Shown here: positions 41,195 through 49,756 of the stretch, piece after piece
How the letters are laid out: each line of letters starts with the position of its first letter
Numbering within the stretch: position 1 is the first letter of the stretch
From: an uncultured Actinomycetes bacterium
GTDB lineage: Bacteria > Actinomycetota > Thermoleophilia > UBA2241
Assembly (NCBI GenBank): GCA_963725665.1
Contig: CAVRZA010000002.1
Coordinates: 1 to 64,000 of the forward strand
Direction: 5' to 3'
DNA length: 64,000 bases
Translations under genes and position numbers: made by a program
The notes under the pieces: model-generated
Seen by the model: the letters and a program-made list of their open reading frames with translations, nothing else
The model's database searches: none
What the model was told of the DNA's origin: nothing

Positions 41195-42095
41195 GGTCGA
41201 AGTCGCTCGTGAAAGCGAGAAGCGACCCGTCGCTCTCACTAGAGAATCGACGGGCGTGCGTCTCGAGTACAAGCGGTTCAACGCCTTCCATCGCTGGATG
41301 CACTTCCTCACCATGACGAGCTTCACCGTACTCGTGTTCACCGGCATGCCGCTGAAGTACAAGGACGTCGGGTGGGCGCAGGCGACGATGAACCTCATCG
41401 GCGGTGTGGAGAGCGCAGCGATCCTGCATCGTCTCGCCGCTCTGGTGACATTCTTCGCATTCGGCTGCGAAGCCGTCTACATCGCGCTGTACATCGTCCT
41501 GCGCAGGGGCCCACTCTGGGGCAGCGCCACGATCATGTTCTGCCGCAAGGACCTGGCGGACGTGACGGCCATGTTCAAGTGGTTCTTCGGGCGCGGGCCG
41601 TACCCCAGGTTCGACCGGTTCACCTACTGGGAGAAGTTCGACTTCTGGTCGCTCGCCGGGGGCACCGTGATCATCGGCGGCACCGGCCTCATGATGTGGT
41701 TCCCCGTGCAGACGGCCAAACTGCTGCCCGGCGTCTTCCTCAACATCGCGCTGGTGATCCACTCGAACGAGGCACTCCTGGCCGTGGGGGTGATCTTCAT
41801 CTTCGTCCATCTGTTCAGCGCCCATCTCAAGCCGGGCTCGTTCCCTCTCGACAAGGTCATCTTCGACGGTTCGCTCCCCTATCGAGAGTACGTGCACGAG
41901 AGACCGCTGGAGTACGAACGGCGCATCAAGGAGGGTACCCTGGGGCAGGTGCTCGTTGAGTGCGACACGAGCACGACACGCGCGAAGGCGGCGATGGGTC
42001 TGTGGTACGTCATCACCATCATCGCGTTCGTGTGCGCCGCTGGTTTCGGCGTCTTCCTCGCGTGGGCGACGCTCACGTGGATAGGGCTGCTGTAA
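41181..42095 (+). CDS. Di-heme cytochrome b (CbcB-like), copy 2
   Basis: FHRWMH, LHRLAA, FDRFTYWEKFDFW, IHSNEALL, FVHL. Confidence 0.87.
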   Translation: MAQTEVEVARESEKRPVALTRESTGVRLEYKRFNAFHRWMHFLTMTSFTVLVFTGMPLKYKDVGWAQATMNLIGGVESAAILHRLAALVTFFAFGCEAVYIALYIVLRRGPLWGSATIMFCRKDLADVTAMFKWFFGRGPYPRFDRFTYWEKFDFWSLAGGTVIIGGTGLMMWFPVQTAKLLPGVFLNIALVIHSNEALLAVGVIFIFVHLFSAHLKPGSFPLDKVIFDGSLPYREYVHERPLEYERRIKEGTLGQVLVECDTSTTRAKAAMGLWYVITIIAFVCAAGFGVFLAWATLTWIGLL

Positions 42096-42169
42096 GCTAA
42101 TCGACACGGCGCGCGGCTGGGGACGTCGCCGAAGGGCGACGGCGATCCGCGCGCCGGCGGGAGGTTGAC

Positions 42170-43729
42170 ATGGGAGCCATGGGCGTGAGAGGCAAGAGGC
42201 CGGGACTACTGCGCTGGCTCGCTGTGGTCGCGCTCGCGTGCGCGGGCGCGGCGGCCGGGCTGGCGCTCGCCGCCGCGCCCGCGCACGCCTTCGACCTGTG
42301 GCAGCACGACGGCGCCAGCGACTGCGCGTTCTGCCACAGCGCCGGCACGCCCACGAACGCCGTCTGCACGCAGTGCCACCTCAGCTACAAGACGATAAGC
42401 AGCCTGACGTGCTGGGCATGCCATGCCCCGGGCCAGGATGTCAGTTTCTACCAGACGGCGGCTGGTTGTTCGTCCACATGTCATCTCTACGCCGGCGGCG
42501 GACCTGCCGACTACACGGTCCCCGTGTCACACGGAACGACGCCCCATCTGGGGGCTGACTTCGCGCCGTGCACTGCCTGCCACTCGGTCAGTGCCAGCGC
42601 TACCGACCCCGACGGCAGCCCTCATCACGACGGCGTCCCGCAAGGTGTGCCGACGTGCGAGGACTGTCACGACGGCACCTTCGCCTCGGCCAAGCAGCCT
42701 CACGACGGTCTCTCGTGCCAGACGTGTCACGACAACTCGATGTCGCGTCCGGCGCTGAGCAACGCCTACTGCCTGGCTTGCCACGAGAACGCGAGCGACC
42801 AGACGGGGGCGACCCAGATCGTCTTCACTGGCAGCCTGAACTGCTACGACGCGAGCTGCCACGGCGTCGACGTCCTCCATACCACGTCGCCGCAGATGAC
42901 CAAGACCTGCACCGACTGCCACGCGCCCCACTACCAGGGGCTCGGCACGTGCACGACCTGCCACAGCGATGTCGAGGGCTATCACCACGGGCAGGCTCAT
43001 CCGATCCCGCTCGACGACTGCACGGCGTGCCACAACGGCACCCTCGCCCCCAAGAAAGCGAACCACGACGGGGTGACGCCCACGTGCACAGCCTGCCACA
43101 CCGGCATGGACATCCCGCCGCAGCCCGCGACGTGCACGAAGTGCCATTCGTCGGCCACGTTCGGCGGCAAGACCTGCACGAGCTGTCACAGTCCCGGCGG
43201 CATCTTCAAGCAGGAGCAGGTGCACAACACGGCCCCCAACACGGATCCGTGCACCCGCTGCCACGCCGGGTATCAGAAGCACGCCGGCGCCGTGGCCTGC
43301 AGGACGTGCCACGCGAACGCGACCAAGTTCCACCACAAGGTCGTCTCGAGCCCCGGCTTCAAGAAGTGCACGTCTTGTCACTCCAAGAAGCACGCCGGCC
43401 GAAGCATAGCGGCCTCGAAGTGCTCTGTATGCCACAAGGGCAACCGCCCGACCTCCAAGCCGCGGGCGCAACACTCGGTGACGGTCAGCAAGAAGCGCAC
43501 GTGTTCCGCCTGCCACCGCCAGCGAGCGCACGCGTCGGCCGTGTCGAGTGTCACGTGCACTAACTGCCACGGCAGCGTCTTCCACCGCCGCATGCCCATC
43601 CCCACGAGCTCGGTCTGCTACAGGTGCCACGCGAGTGCGAGATCCCACGCTGTGGGCTTCCCGTGCACGGTCTGTCACCCCAACCTCGAGCACAATCCTC
43701 GCCCGAGCGCCGGGTTCGCGAGGCTCTGA
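42170..43729 (+). CDS. Secreted multiheme cytochrome c (21 CXXCH + CX3CH + CX4CH)
   Basis: Sec signal peptide ending AHA|F; 23 heme motifs in ~480 aa of mature chain; no TM anchor; GGAGG ribosome-binding site. Confidence 0.9.
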   Translation: MGAMGVRGKRPGLLRWLAVVALACAGAAAGLALAAAPAHAFDLWQHDGASDCAFCHSAGTPTNAVCTQCHLSYKTISSLTCWACHAPGQDVSFYQTAAGCSSTCHLYAGGGPADYTVPVSHGTTPHLGADFAPCTACHSVSASATDPDGSPHHDGVPQGVPTCEDCHDGTFASAKQPHDGLSCQTCHDNSMSRPALSNAYCLACHENASDQTGATQIVFTGSLNCYDASCHGVDVLHTTSPQMTKTCTDCHAPHYQGLGTCTTCHSDVEGYHHGQAHPIPLDDCTACHNGTLAPKKANHDGVTPTCTACHTGMDIPPQPATCTKCHSSATFGGKTCTSCHSPGGIFKQEQVHNTAPNTDPCTRCHAGYQKHAGAVACRTCHANATKFHHKVVSSPGFKKCTSCHSKKHAGRSIAASKCSVCHKGNRPTSKPRAQHSVTVSKKRTCSACHRQRAHASAVSSVTCTNCHGSVFHRRMPIPTSSVCYRCHASARSHAVGFPCTVCHPNLEHNPRPSAGFARL

Positions 43730-43731
43730 GC

Positions 43732-44766
43732 TTGCGCATCAGGGTCACCACACGCAAGGTGGTCGTCGCCGCCGTCGTTGTGACGGCGTTCCTCGTTCTC
43801 ACAGGCTTCGCGCTGATCTCGACATCGACCACGGCCTTCTGCGGCCTCTGTCACAACATGAAGCCTTCCGTGGACGCGTTGGAGCGCTCGGCGCACGGCG
43901 GCGTGAACTGCGAGCAGTGCCACAGCAAGCCGGGGCCGTTCTTCTTCCTCACCGCTAAGCTGGAGGCGCTGCAAGAGCCTGTGAAGCAGATCAGCGGCAA
44001 CTATGAGGAGCCCATTCTCGGAGTCGTGCAGAACGCCTCCTGTCGCCGCTGCCACACCGATGAGCAGCTGTTTCCGACGATCTCCCGGAACGGCATCAAC
44101 GTCAATCACAAGCACCTGATCGAGGCCGGCTACCAGTGCGTGACCTGCCACTCCACCGTGGCGCACCTCGACGCCGTGCCGGAGGGCTCGCGCGCCTACC
44201 CGACCATGGACCAGTGTCTCGTGTGCCACAACAACCACTACACGGCCGCCGACGGCACGGTAGCCTACAGCCGCTGCGACCTCTGCCACGTCAAGCCTGC
44301 GGCGGGCACAAAGCCCGCCAACCACGTCGCCGACTGGCTGCGCGTTCACGGCAGCGCCGGCGTCCTCTCGACCTGCACCGCCTGCCACCCGCCCGTCGAG
44401 GGCGCTGCGCCTCCGCCAGGCGGCTGGACATCGCACCTCGACTGCACGGGTTGTCACCGTGGGGTCCTCATGCCGCATCCCGAGGTCTGGCTGCACCTGC
44501 ACGGCGCCGCGTCGCTCAAGAAGGGCGAGCAGAGCTGCGCCCTCTGTCACGATACGAAGACCTACTGCGTCGGCTGCCACCGTGTGCCCCTGCCGCATCC
44601 GGCCGACTGGGTGTCCGCTCATCCCCGGGTCGCGCGCGCGGACGCCGCCACATGCATGAACTGTCACAGGATTGAGAACTGCAACGCTTGCCACGAGGCT
44701 CACCAGAAGGGCTCGCCGCCAGCTCACCGCTTCCTGACCGGGCAGATCACGGGGAACGGGACGTGA
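43732..44766 (+). CDS. Membrane-anchored NapC/NirT-like 12-heme cytochrome c
   Basis: N-terminal TM helix, FCGLCHNM, 12 CXXCH; TTG start inferred. Confidence 0.88.
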   Translation: MRIRVTTRKVVVAAVVVTAFLVLTGFALISTSTTAFCGLCHNMKPSVDALERSAHGGVNCEQCHSKPGPFFFLTAKLEALQEPVKQISGNYEEPILGVVQNASCRRCHTDEQLFPTISRNGINVNHKHLIEAGYQCVTCHSTVAHLDAVPEGSRAYPTMDQCLVCHNNHYTAADGTVAYSRCDLCHVKPAAGTKPANHVADWLRVHGSAGVLSTCTACHPPVEGAAPPPGGWTSHLDCTGCHRGVLMPHPEVWLHLHGAASLKKGEQSCALCHDTKTYCVGCHRVPLPHPADWVSAHPRVARADAATCMNCHRIENCNACHEAHQKGSPPAHRFLTGQITGNGT

Positions 44767-44767
44767 C

Positions 44768-45952
44768 GTGAGCGACCGTGAGCCAATCGACCGTCCGCCG
44801 TACCGGCCGCAGCCGGACCCGACGCCGGAGCCGCCCGTGCCTTCGCGCCCCAAGCGGCGCTCGCGCCACCTGCTCGATCTCGTCCTCTCCAAGGGCTGGA
44901 TCGTCGGCGTACTCCTCGGCGTCGTGGTCGTGTTGATCGTCATCGCGATCGGCTTTGCGGTCGTCTACAACAACGCTTTCTGCGACCGCTGCCACGTGAT
45001 CAAGAAGGAGGTCGCCTCGTTCAACGCCTCGAGCCATCATCGTCCCGGAGTCGTTTGCCAGGACTGCCACACCAAGCCGGGGGTGTTCAACTACTTCATC
45101 CGTAACCTGCAGAGCGCAACGCACATCGTCGAGTACATCTCAGGGCGCTACCAGCGGCCTATCGTCACCTACGTGGCGGTCGAGAACTGCGTCACCTGCC
45201 ACCCCAAGGACCAGATAGAGCGCGACATCGTGGTGGGCAACATCCGCGTCAACCACACGGGTCTGCGGGAGGGAGGCTACCAGTGCATGACGTGTCACTC
45301 GCAGGTCGTCCACGGCGACGTCACGCCGGTCGGCTCGCGGGCTCCGGAGAGCACCATGCACATCTGTTGGCGCTGCCACAACGGCGTCGACCAGCCGCAG
45401 CGTTGCTCCATCTGCCACATCAACGGTGTCCCTCCGGGAACTGCTGAAGTCAAGATCCCGGTGCACATGTCGCAGGGCGACTGTACCGGCTGTCACGACC
45501 AGAAGTTCTGCGCCAAGTGCCACCACGGGCTCACGATGCCGCATCCATCGGGTTGGCTGAAGGCTCATGGCCCGGTGGTCGTCCAGCGTGGCGCGGCGAT
45601 CTGCGCCGACTGTCACACCAAGAAGGACCCCAAGTTCTGCATCCGCTGCCACGGCCTGCCCATGCCGCACCCGCCTCGCTGGCTCGCGACGCATCCGGCC
45701 GTGGCGACGAGCAAGCCGGCCCTGTGCGTCAAGTGTCACGGGCAGGACTCGTGCGTGAGGTGTCACGGCGTCGTGCTTCCGCACTCGGCGTCCTTTATCG
45801 GCAGTCACTGGGTAGAGGCTGCTCGGAGCGGCACCGTGTGCGTGAAGTGCCACGGCAACACGTCAGGCGGGACGACGGGCGCCGCGAGCTGTTACGGCGG
45901 CGACTGCCACGCACCTACACCTTCCGGCACGCTGCCCAACGGCAGACCCTAG
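44768..45952 (+). CDS. Membrane-anchored NapC/NirT-like cytochrome c (13 CXXCH + 1 CX4CH)
   Basis: Pro-rich N-terminal tail, TM helix, repeated PHP..W..H di-heme modules. Confidence 0.88.
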   Translation: MSDREPIDRPPYRPQPDPTPEPPVPSRPKRRSRHLLDLVLSKGWIVGVLLGVVVVLIVIAIGFAVVYNNAFCDRCHVIKKEVASFNASSHHRPGVVCQDCHTKPGVFNYFIRNLQSATHIVEYISGRYQRPIVTYVAVENCVTCHPKDQIERDIVVGNIRVNHTGLREGGYQCMTCHSQVVHGDVTPVGSRAPESTMHICWRCHNGVDQPQRCSICHINGVPPGTAEVKIPVHMSQGDCTGCHDQKFCAKCHHGLTMPHPSGWLKAHGPVVVQRGAAICADCHTKKDPKFCIRCHGLPMPHPPRWLATHPAVATSKPALCVKCHGQDSCVRCHGVVLPHSASFIGSHWVEAARSGTVCVKCHGNTSGGTTGAASCYGGDCHAPTPSGTLPNGRP

Positions 45953-46332
45953 CCGGTAGTGTCTCCGCCCGGCCCGGCCGGGCACGTGCTGTCTGGCCGA
46001 CGATCGCCGCTGCACGGCCTCCGCTGCCCTGATAGAGGCAGACCTCCTGCCTTGTTGAGACCCGGCTGCGACCCAGGTTGACGGAAGACACAATAGCCGC
46101 CGAACAGCGAGCGTTGAACCTGAGTCTGGAGGAGGCGGTGGGACGCGGACGTTACGTCTGCCGCTTCTTTTCTGCCCGAATGCGGTGAAGCCCTTCGTGG
46201 CGGGTGGCACGAAGCGCAAGCGCCCGCGCATATGGGTCGCGACGCCTTCTCTACACGCCTCGAGCCCGCTCTGCACCGCCCCCGTGAAAGCGAGCCGTCA
46301 ACAGGCAATCGAGCGAGCCTCCCTCTTCCCTG

Positions 46333-47589
46333 TCAAGGGGACTCAGTCGAAGGGAAGATCGGCAAGATCTTGGCGTAGAAGTAGAAGAGGACGAACGGGA
46401 ATATCAAGACACCGACAGCACCGACCAGGCCCTCCTTCAGGGTGTCCCAGCCGTGCGGCACTATCGGCAGTACGTAGTGCATGTACCCGGCAAAGGTGAG
46501 AGAGAAAGCCTGACCTCCGATAACGACGTTCCATCGCATCATGAACACGCCGAACAAGACGAGCACGACGCCGACGACGGCCCTTCTGATGGTCAACCGC
46601 GGAGCGAGAAACAGAATCAAGGGGACCAGATTACCAAGACCGTATTGCAGCAAGAATATGGAAGTGAACTCGTTGCCGTAGATGGTGCTCCGCAGGACAT
46701 CCCAGGACTTGACGGCCGTATACCCGCGGAACACGAGGTCGAGAAGCTCAAGACTGATGGCCAGAACCAAGAAGAGCAGGAGGTACCTGGAGGTGATCTT
46801 GATCACGCTAACCTCGACACCGCCGATCTCCTTGCGACGCTCGAGCGGATTCGTGGACGATCGCCTTCTGCGCACCAACAGTTTTCTGAGCTCCATGGTC
46901 ACGATATAGGTCAGCATGCAAAGGGCGATGCCCGACACAATCGCCGACATGATGAAGATGACCGGCATGAGTGGGGTCATCCAGAGAGCATTCGCCTTGA
47001 CCGACCCAAAGATGAAACCGGCGTAGCCGTGCAGGAACAGAGCGACGGGAATGCCTACGCCCGCGAGCAGTCGTATCGCGGTCTGATCTTGGCGCTGCGC
47101 CTTCTCGCTGAGGTCATATGAACCGAGGGTGAGTACGGTGAATATCGCGTACGAGAATCTCTCTCTCAGGGTCCTGTGGGTCTTGGCCCTGAGCGACATG
47201 GATCGCTCGACGAAGTGCCTGCGGTAGAGGAACCAGAGCTCAGAGGCCACGATCGCGAAATACGTCGAGAAGACGATGCCAAAAGCGGCGATCGCCGAAG
47301 TGAAATGGGGGGTCATCAGCACGTTGATGCCTCTGAGCGGATGTTGAAGATGCAGCAGAAGCGGCAAGAGCGCTCCAGGCAGCAGCGCAAAGGAGAACAC
47401 CAGGGCGAAGCGAGCTATGTCTTTGAGCTGCTTGATGCCGAACACATGGTAGAGAGATGACAGTACAAATGCTCCGGCGACAAGGCCGGTCATGAAGGGG
47501 TACATGACGATTTGGATGCTCCAGTAGATGTATTCGTTCGGGAGGACGAAAAGGTCCCTTAGCGTCCAGAGTTCGCCGTGTACTACCAT
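46333..47589 (-). CDS. nrfD: NrfD/PsrC-family quinone-interacting membrane subunit
   Basis: WSIQIVMYPFMTGLVAG, LHLQHPLR, LHGYAGFIF..W, RWNVVIGGQ. Confidence 0.85.
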   Translation of the reverse strand: MVVHGELWTLRDLFVLPNEYIYWSIQIVMYPFMTGLVAGAFVLSSLYHVFGIKQLKDIARFALVFSFALLPGALLPLLLHLQHPLRGINVLMTPHFTSAIAAFGIVFSTYFAIVASELWFLYRRHFVERSMSLRAKTHRTLRERFSYAIFTVLTLGSYDLSEKAQRQDQTAIRLLAGVGIPVALFLHGYAGFIFGSVKANALWMTPLMPVIFIMSAIVSGIALCMLTYIVTMELRKLLVRRRRSSTNPLERRKEIGGVEVSVIKITSRYLLLFLVLAISLELLDLVFRGYTAVKSWDVLRSTIYGNEFTSIFLLQYGLGNLVPLILFLAPRLTIRRAVVGVVLVLFGVFMMRWNVVIGGQAFSLTFAGYMHYVLPIVPHGWDTLKEGLVGAVGVLIFPFVLFYFYAKILPIFPSTESP

Positions 47590-47590
47590 A

Positions 47591-48439
47591 TCAGCGCACC
47601 TCCCAGTCCAGGCCAACATAGTAGACTTGAGGTTTGGTCCCAAATTCGCTCTTGAGGACCGCAACACGCTCGGTTAAGATGGTCTTTGTAACGGGATCGT
47701 ACGGGTCTTTGATATTGGCAATCTGCCGTGCGCCGAATGGGCAAGCCTGCACGCAGGCCGGAGGTAGCTCCTTGGTGATGCGGTGATAGCAGAAATTGCA
47801 TTTTTCCGCCGTGCGATAGATTGGGTTGAAGAACCTGGCTCCATAAGGGCATGCCATGATGCAGTATCCGCAGCCGATGCACCATGTCCTGTCAACGAGA
47901 ACGACACCGTCAGGGGCCTGGTAGGTGGCGCCGACCGGACAGACCTGCACACAGGGGGGATTGGCGCACTGGTTGCATAGCTTGGGGACGAAGAAGGCCT
48001 TTTCGATGTCTTCCTGCTTGATGTCCTGATACTCGCCTGCCTGGGTACCGGCCTTGCCGCCAATCTCGGCCGGTTCCCCCTGCTCGGCGCCCTGACCGAG
48101 GTAGATCCTGGGGTCGACGTAGCCGTCGCGGCCGCCCTTTGGAGAGTCGGCATGAAACCCGCCGTCCTTGGTCAGAACGTACCGCTCTACCCAGGTGCGC
48201 GTGACGTTGGCGTCGTAGGGGATCTCGTTCTCCAGTTTGCACGCCTTCACGCAAAAGCCGCACCCGACGCACTTGAAGGTATCGACCAGGAATACCCAGC
48301 GCACTGCCTTGTCTGTCTTTAGTGCTTGCATGCGTGCCGGGCTCAGGAGTTCGAAGGCCGCCGCCGGCACCATGAGTCCTCCTACGGCTAGGGCCGTCTT
48401 CTTCAGGAAGTCTCGTCTCGATACTCGTCTCGACATCAT
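47591..48439 (-). CDS. nrfC: Tat-exported NrfC/PsrB-like 4x[4Fe-4S] protein
   Basis: SRRDFLK twin-Arg signal; CVGCGFCVKAC, CNQC..PPCVQVCP, CIGCGYCIMACP, KCNFC..PACVQACP. Confidence 0.88.
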   Translation of the reverse strand: MMSRRVSRRDFLKKTALAVGGLMVPAAAFELLSPARMQALKTDKAVRWVFLVDTFKCVGCGFCVKACKLENEIPYDANVTRTWVERYVLTKDGGFHADSPKGGRDGYVDPRIYLGQGAEQGEPAEIGGKAGTQAGEYQDIKQEDIEKAFFVPKLCNQCANPPCVQVCPVGATYQAPDGVVLVDRTWCIGCGYCIMACPYGARFFNPIYRTAEKCNFCYHRITKELPPACVQACPFGARQIANIKDPYDPVTKTILTERVAVLKSEFGTKPQVYYVGLDWEVR

Positions 48440-48456
48440 CTCGGGACCTCGCGAGG

Positions 48457-49209
48457 TCAAGGCTGGAGCCGCAAGAACTGCAGGGCCGGTTTGTGTGGGT
48501 CGTGGCACCTGACGCACGCATAGCCGAGGTTATGACGCGGCTTGTCGTGGCATTTCAGGCAGAGCGCCCGGCTCTTGTCGATGGCAAGCTTCGGGGGGTG
48601 AGATGGATGGTTCTGTGCGGGGCCGTGGCAGTCTTCGCACTGGATGACCTCGTGCGGCATCCCGTTCGTACTGTCGACTTGCTCCTGGTGACAGGTCCTG
48701 CACCACACCTTTCCCTGGCGATGGCGGGACGCCGTTGACTGCAGATAACGCAGGTCCGGCTGGTGCGGGAGGTGGCATCTGACACACTCAAAGCCGGGGT
48801 TGTGAGTCCTTGGGTCGATGCCCCTGATGACCGCCCTTGCGCTTGACGGGTATAGCAGTTTGGCGTGGCATCTCAGGCACAGCGCCCGGCTCCTGTCGAT
48901 AACAAGCTTCGGCGGGTCGGTTGGATGATTCCTTGCGGGGCCGTGGCAGTTCTCGCACTGGATGATGGCGTGCGGCATCTCGCTGATCTTGGCGACCTGC
49001 TCCTGATGGCAGGGCTGGCAGTAGTCCTTTCCCTGATACTTGACCGTGACCTTTTTCCAGTCCTCGATGTTTCCTGCGCGGTACCAGCCGTACGTGTAGC
49101 CACGTGCATGCACGCCGAAATCACTTGGCACATAGAGTTGTCGGAATATGACAAGAATGGCGACGATCCCGATGATGACCAGTAGTGGTCTCAGGACGTG
49201 ACTCCTCAC
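48457..49209 (-). CDS. Membrane-anchored octaheme cytochrome c made of a duplicated tetraheme unit
   Basis: N-terminal TM helix, 8 CXXCH in two homologous halves; GGAGG + GTG start. Confidence 0.87.
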   Translation of the reverse strand: MRSHVLRPLLVIIGIVAILVIFRQLYVPSDFGVHARGYTYGWYRAGNIEDWKKVTVKYQGKDYCQPCHQEQVAKISEMPHAIIQCENCHGPARNHPTDPPKLVIDRSRALCLRCHAKLLYPSSARAVIRGIDPRTHNPGFECVRCHLPHQPDLRYLQSTASRHRQGKVWCRTCHQEQVDSTNGMPHEVIQCEDCHGPAQNHPSHPPKLAIDKSRALCLKCHDKPRHNLGYACVRCHDPHKPALQFLRLQP

Positions 49210-49756
49210 GGGCCGAACCTCCGGGCCCATCCCCGCCGCTCGGGTAGCCGTGGACCGCACGTAGAGCGTTGGGGCCGTGGAGAGCGCGCAGCGATCGAGC
49301 GTCCGCCGGAAGAGGTCCTCGCGCTGCTCGCGGCGATAGGGCCGGTGGCCGTACTCACCAGGTGTGCCTGCAAATGCGTAGGGCCGACCTCGTGGTCAAC
49401 TGGACCTCATCTAGTGCGGAGAGGATTTGACAGGACAGAGTAAAGGGTGTCGCAGTTGCGCACAACCACCTGATTCCCTCACGTCGATGGGCACCGGTCG
49501 CGCCGTCTCGCTTCCTGCCTGCCGCGAGTGACTTGGATGATGAGGGGCTCCGTCAAGACCTGTGCGGTTGAAGCTCGATACGGCGGCCCTGTCGGACAGT
49601 GCCTGCTTCCTGCCCCCGCGGTCAGTTGCGCCGCCTCCGTCGGCGCCCGTTCCTTGCCCTTCCCCGCACCCTGGAGAAGTCCGTGAAGCGCGCGAGATGC
49701 GTAAGCGTGAGGTGCCGGCTGTGGAGCAGACCGACCGGGTGGTAGAGTAGGCAGCC

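Noticed and set aside
34994-42095. Cassette duplication as a pure assembly artefact
   Set aside because: The copies have synonymous differences, divergent patches, different upstream regions and clearly diverged downstream genes.
42170-49209. Nitrite reductase (NrfA) or Mtr-type porin-cytochrome call
   Set aside because: No CXXCK catalytic heme motif and no beta-barrel ORF visible.
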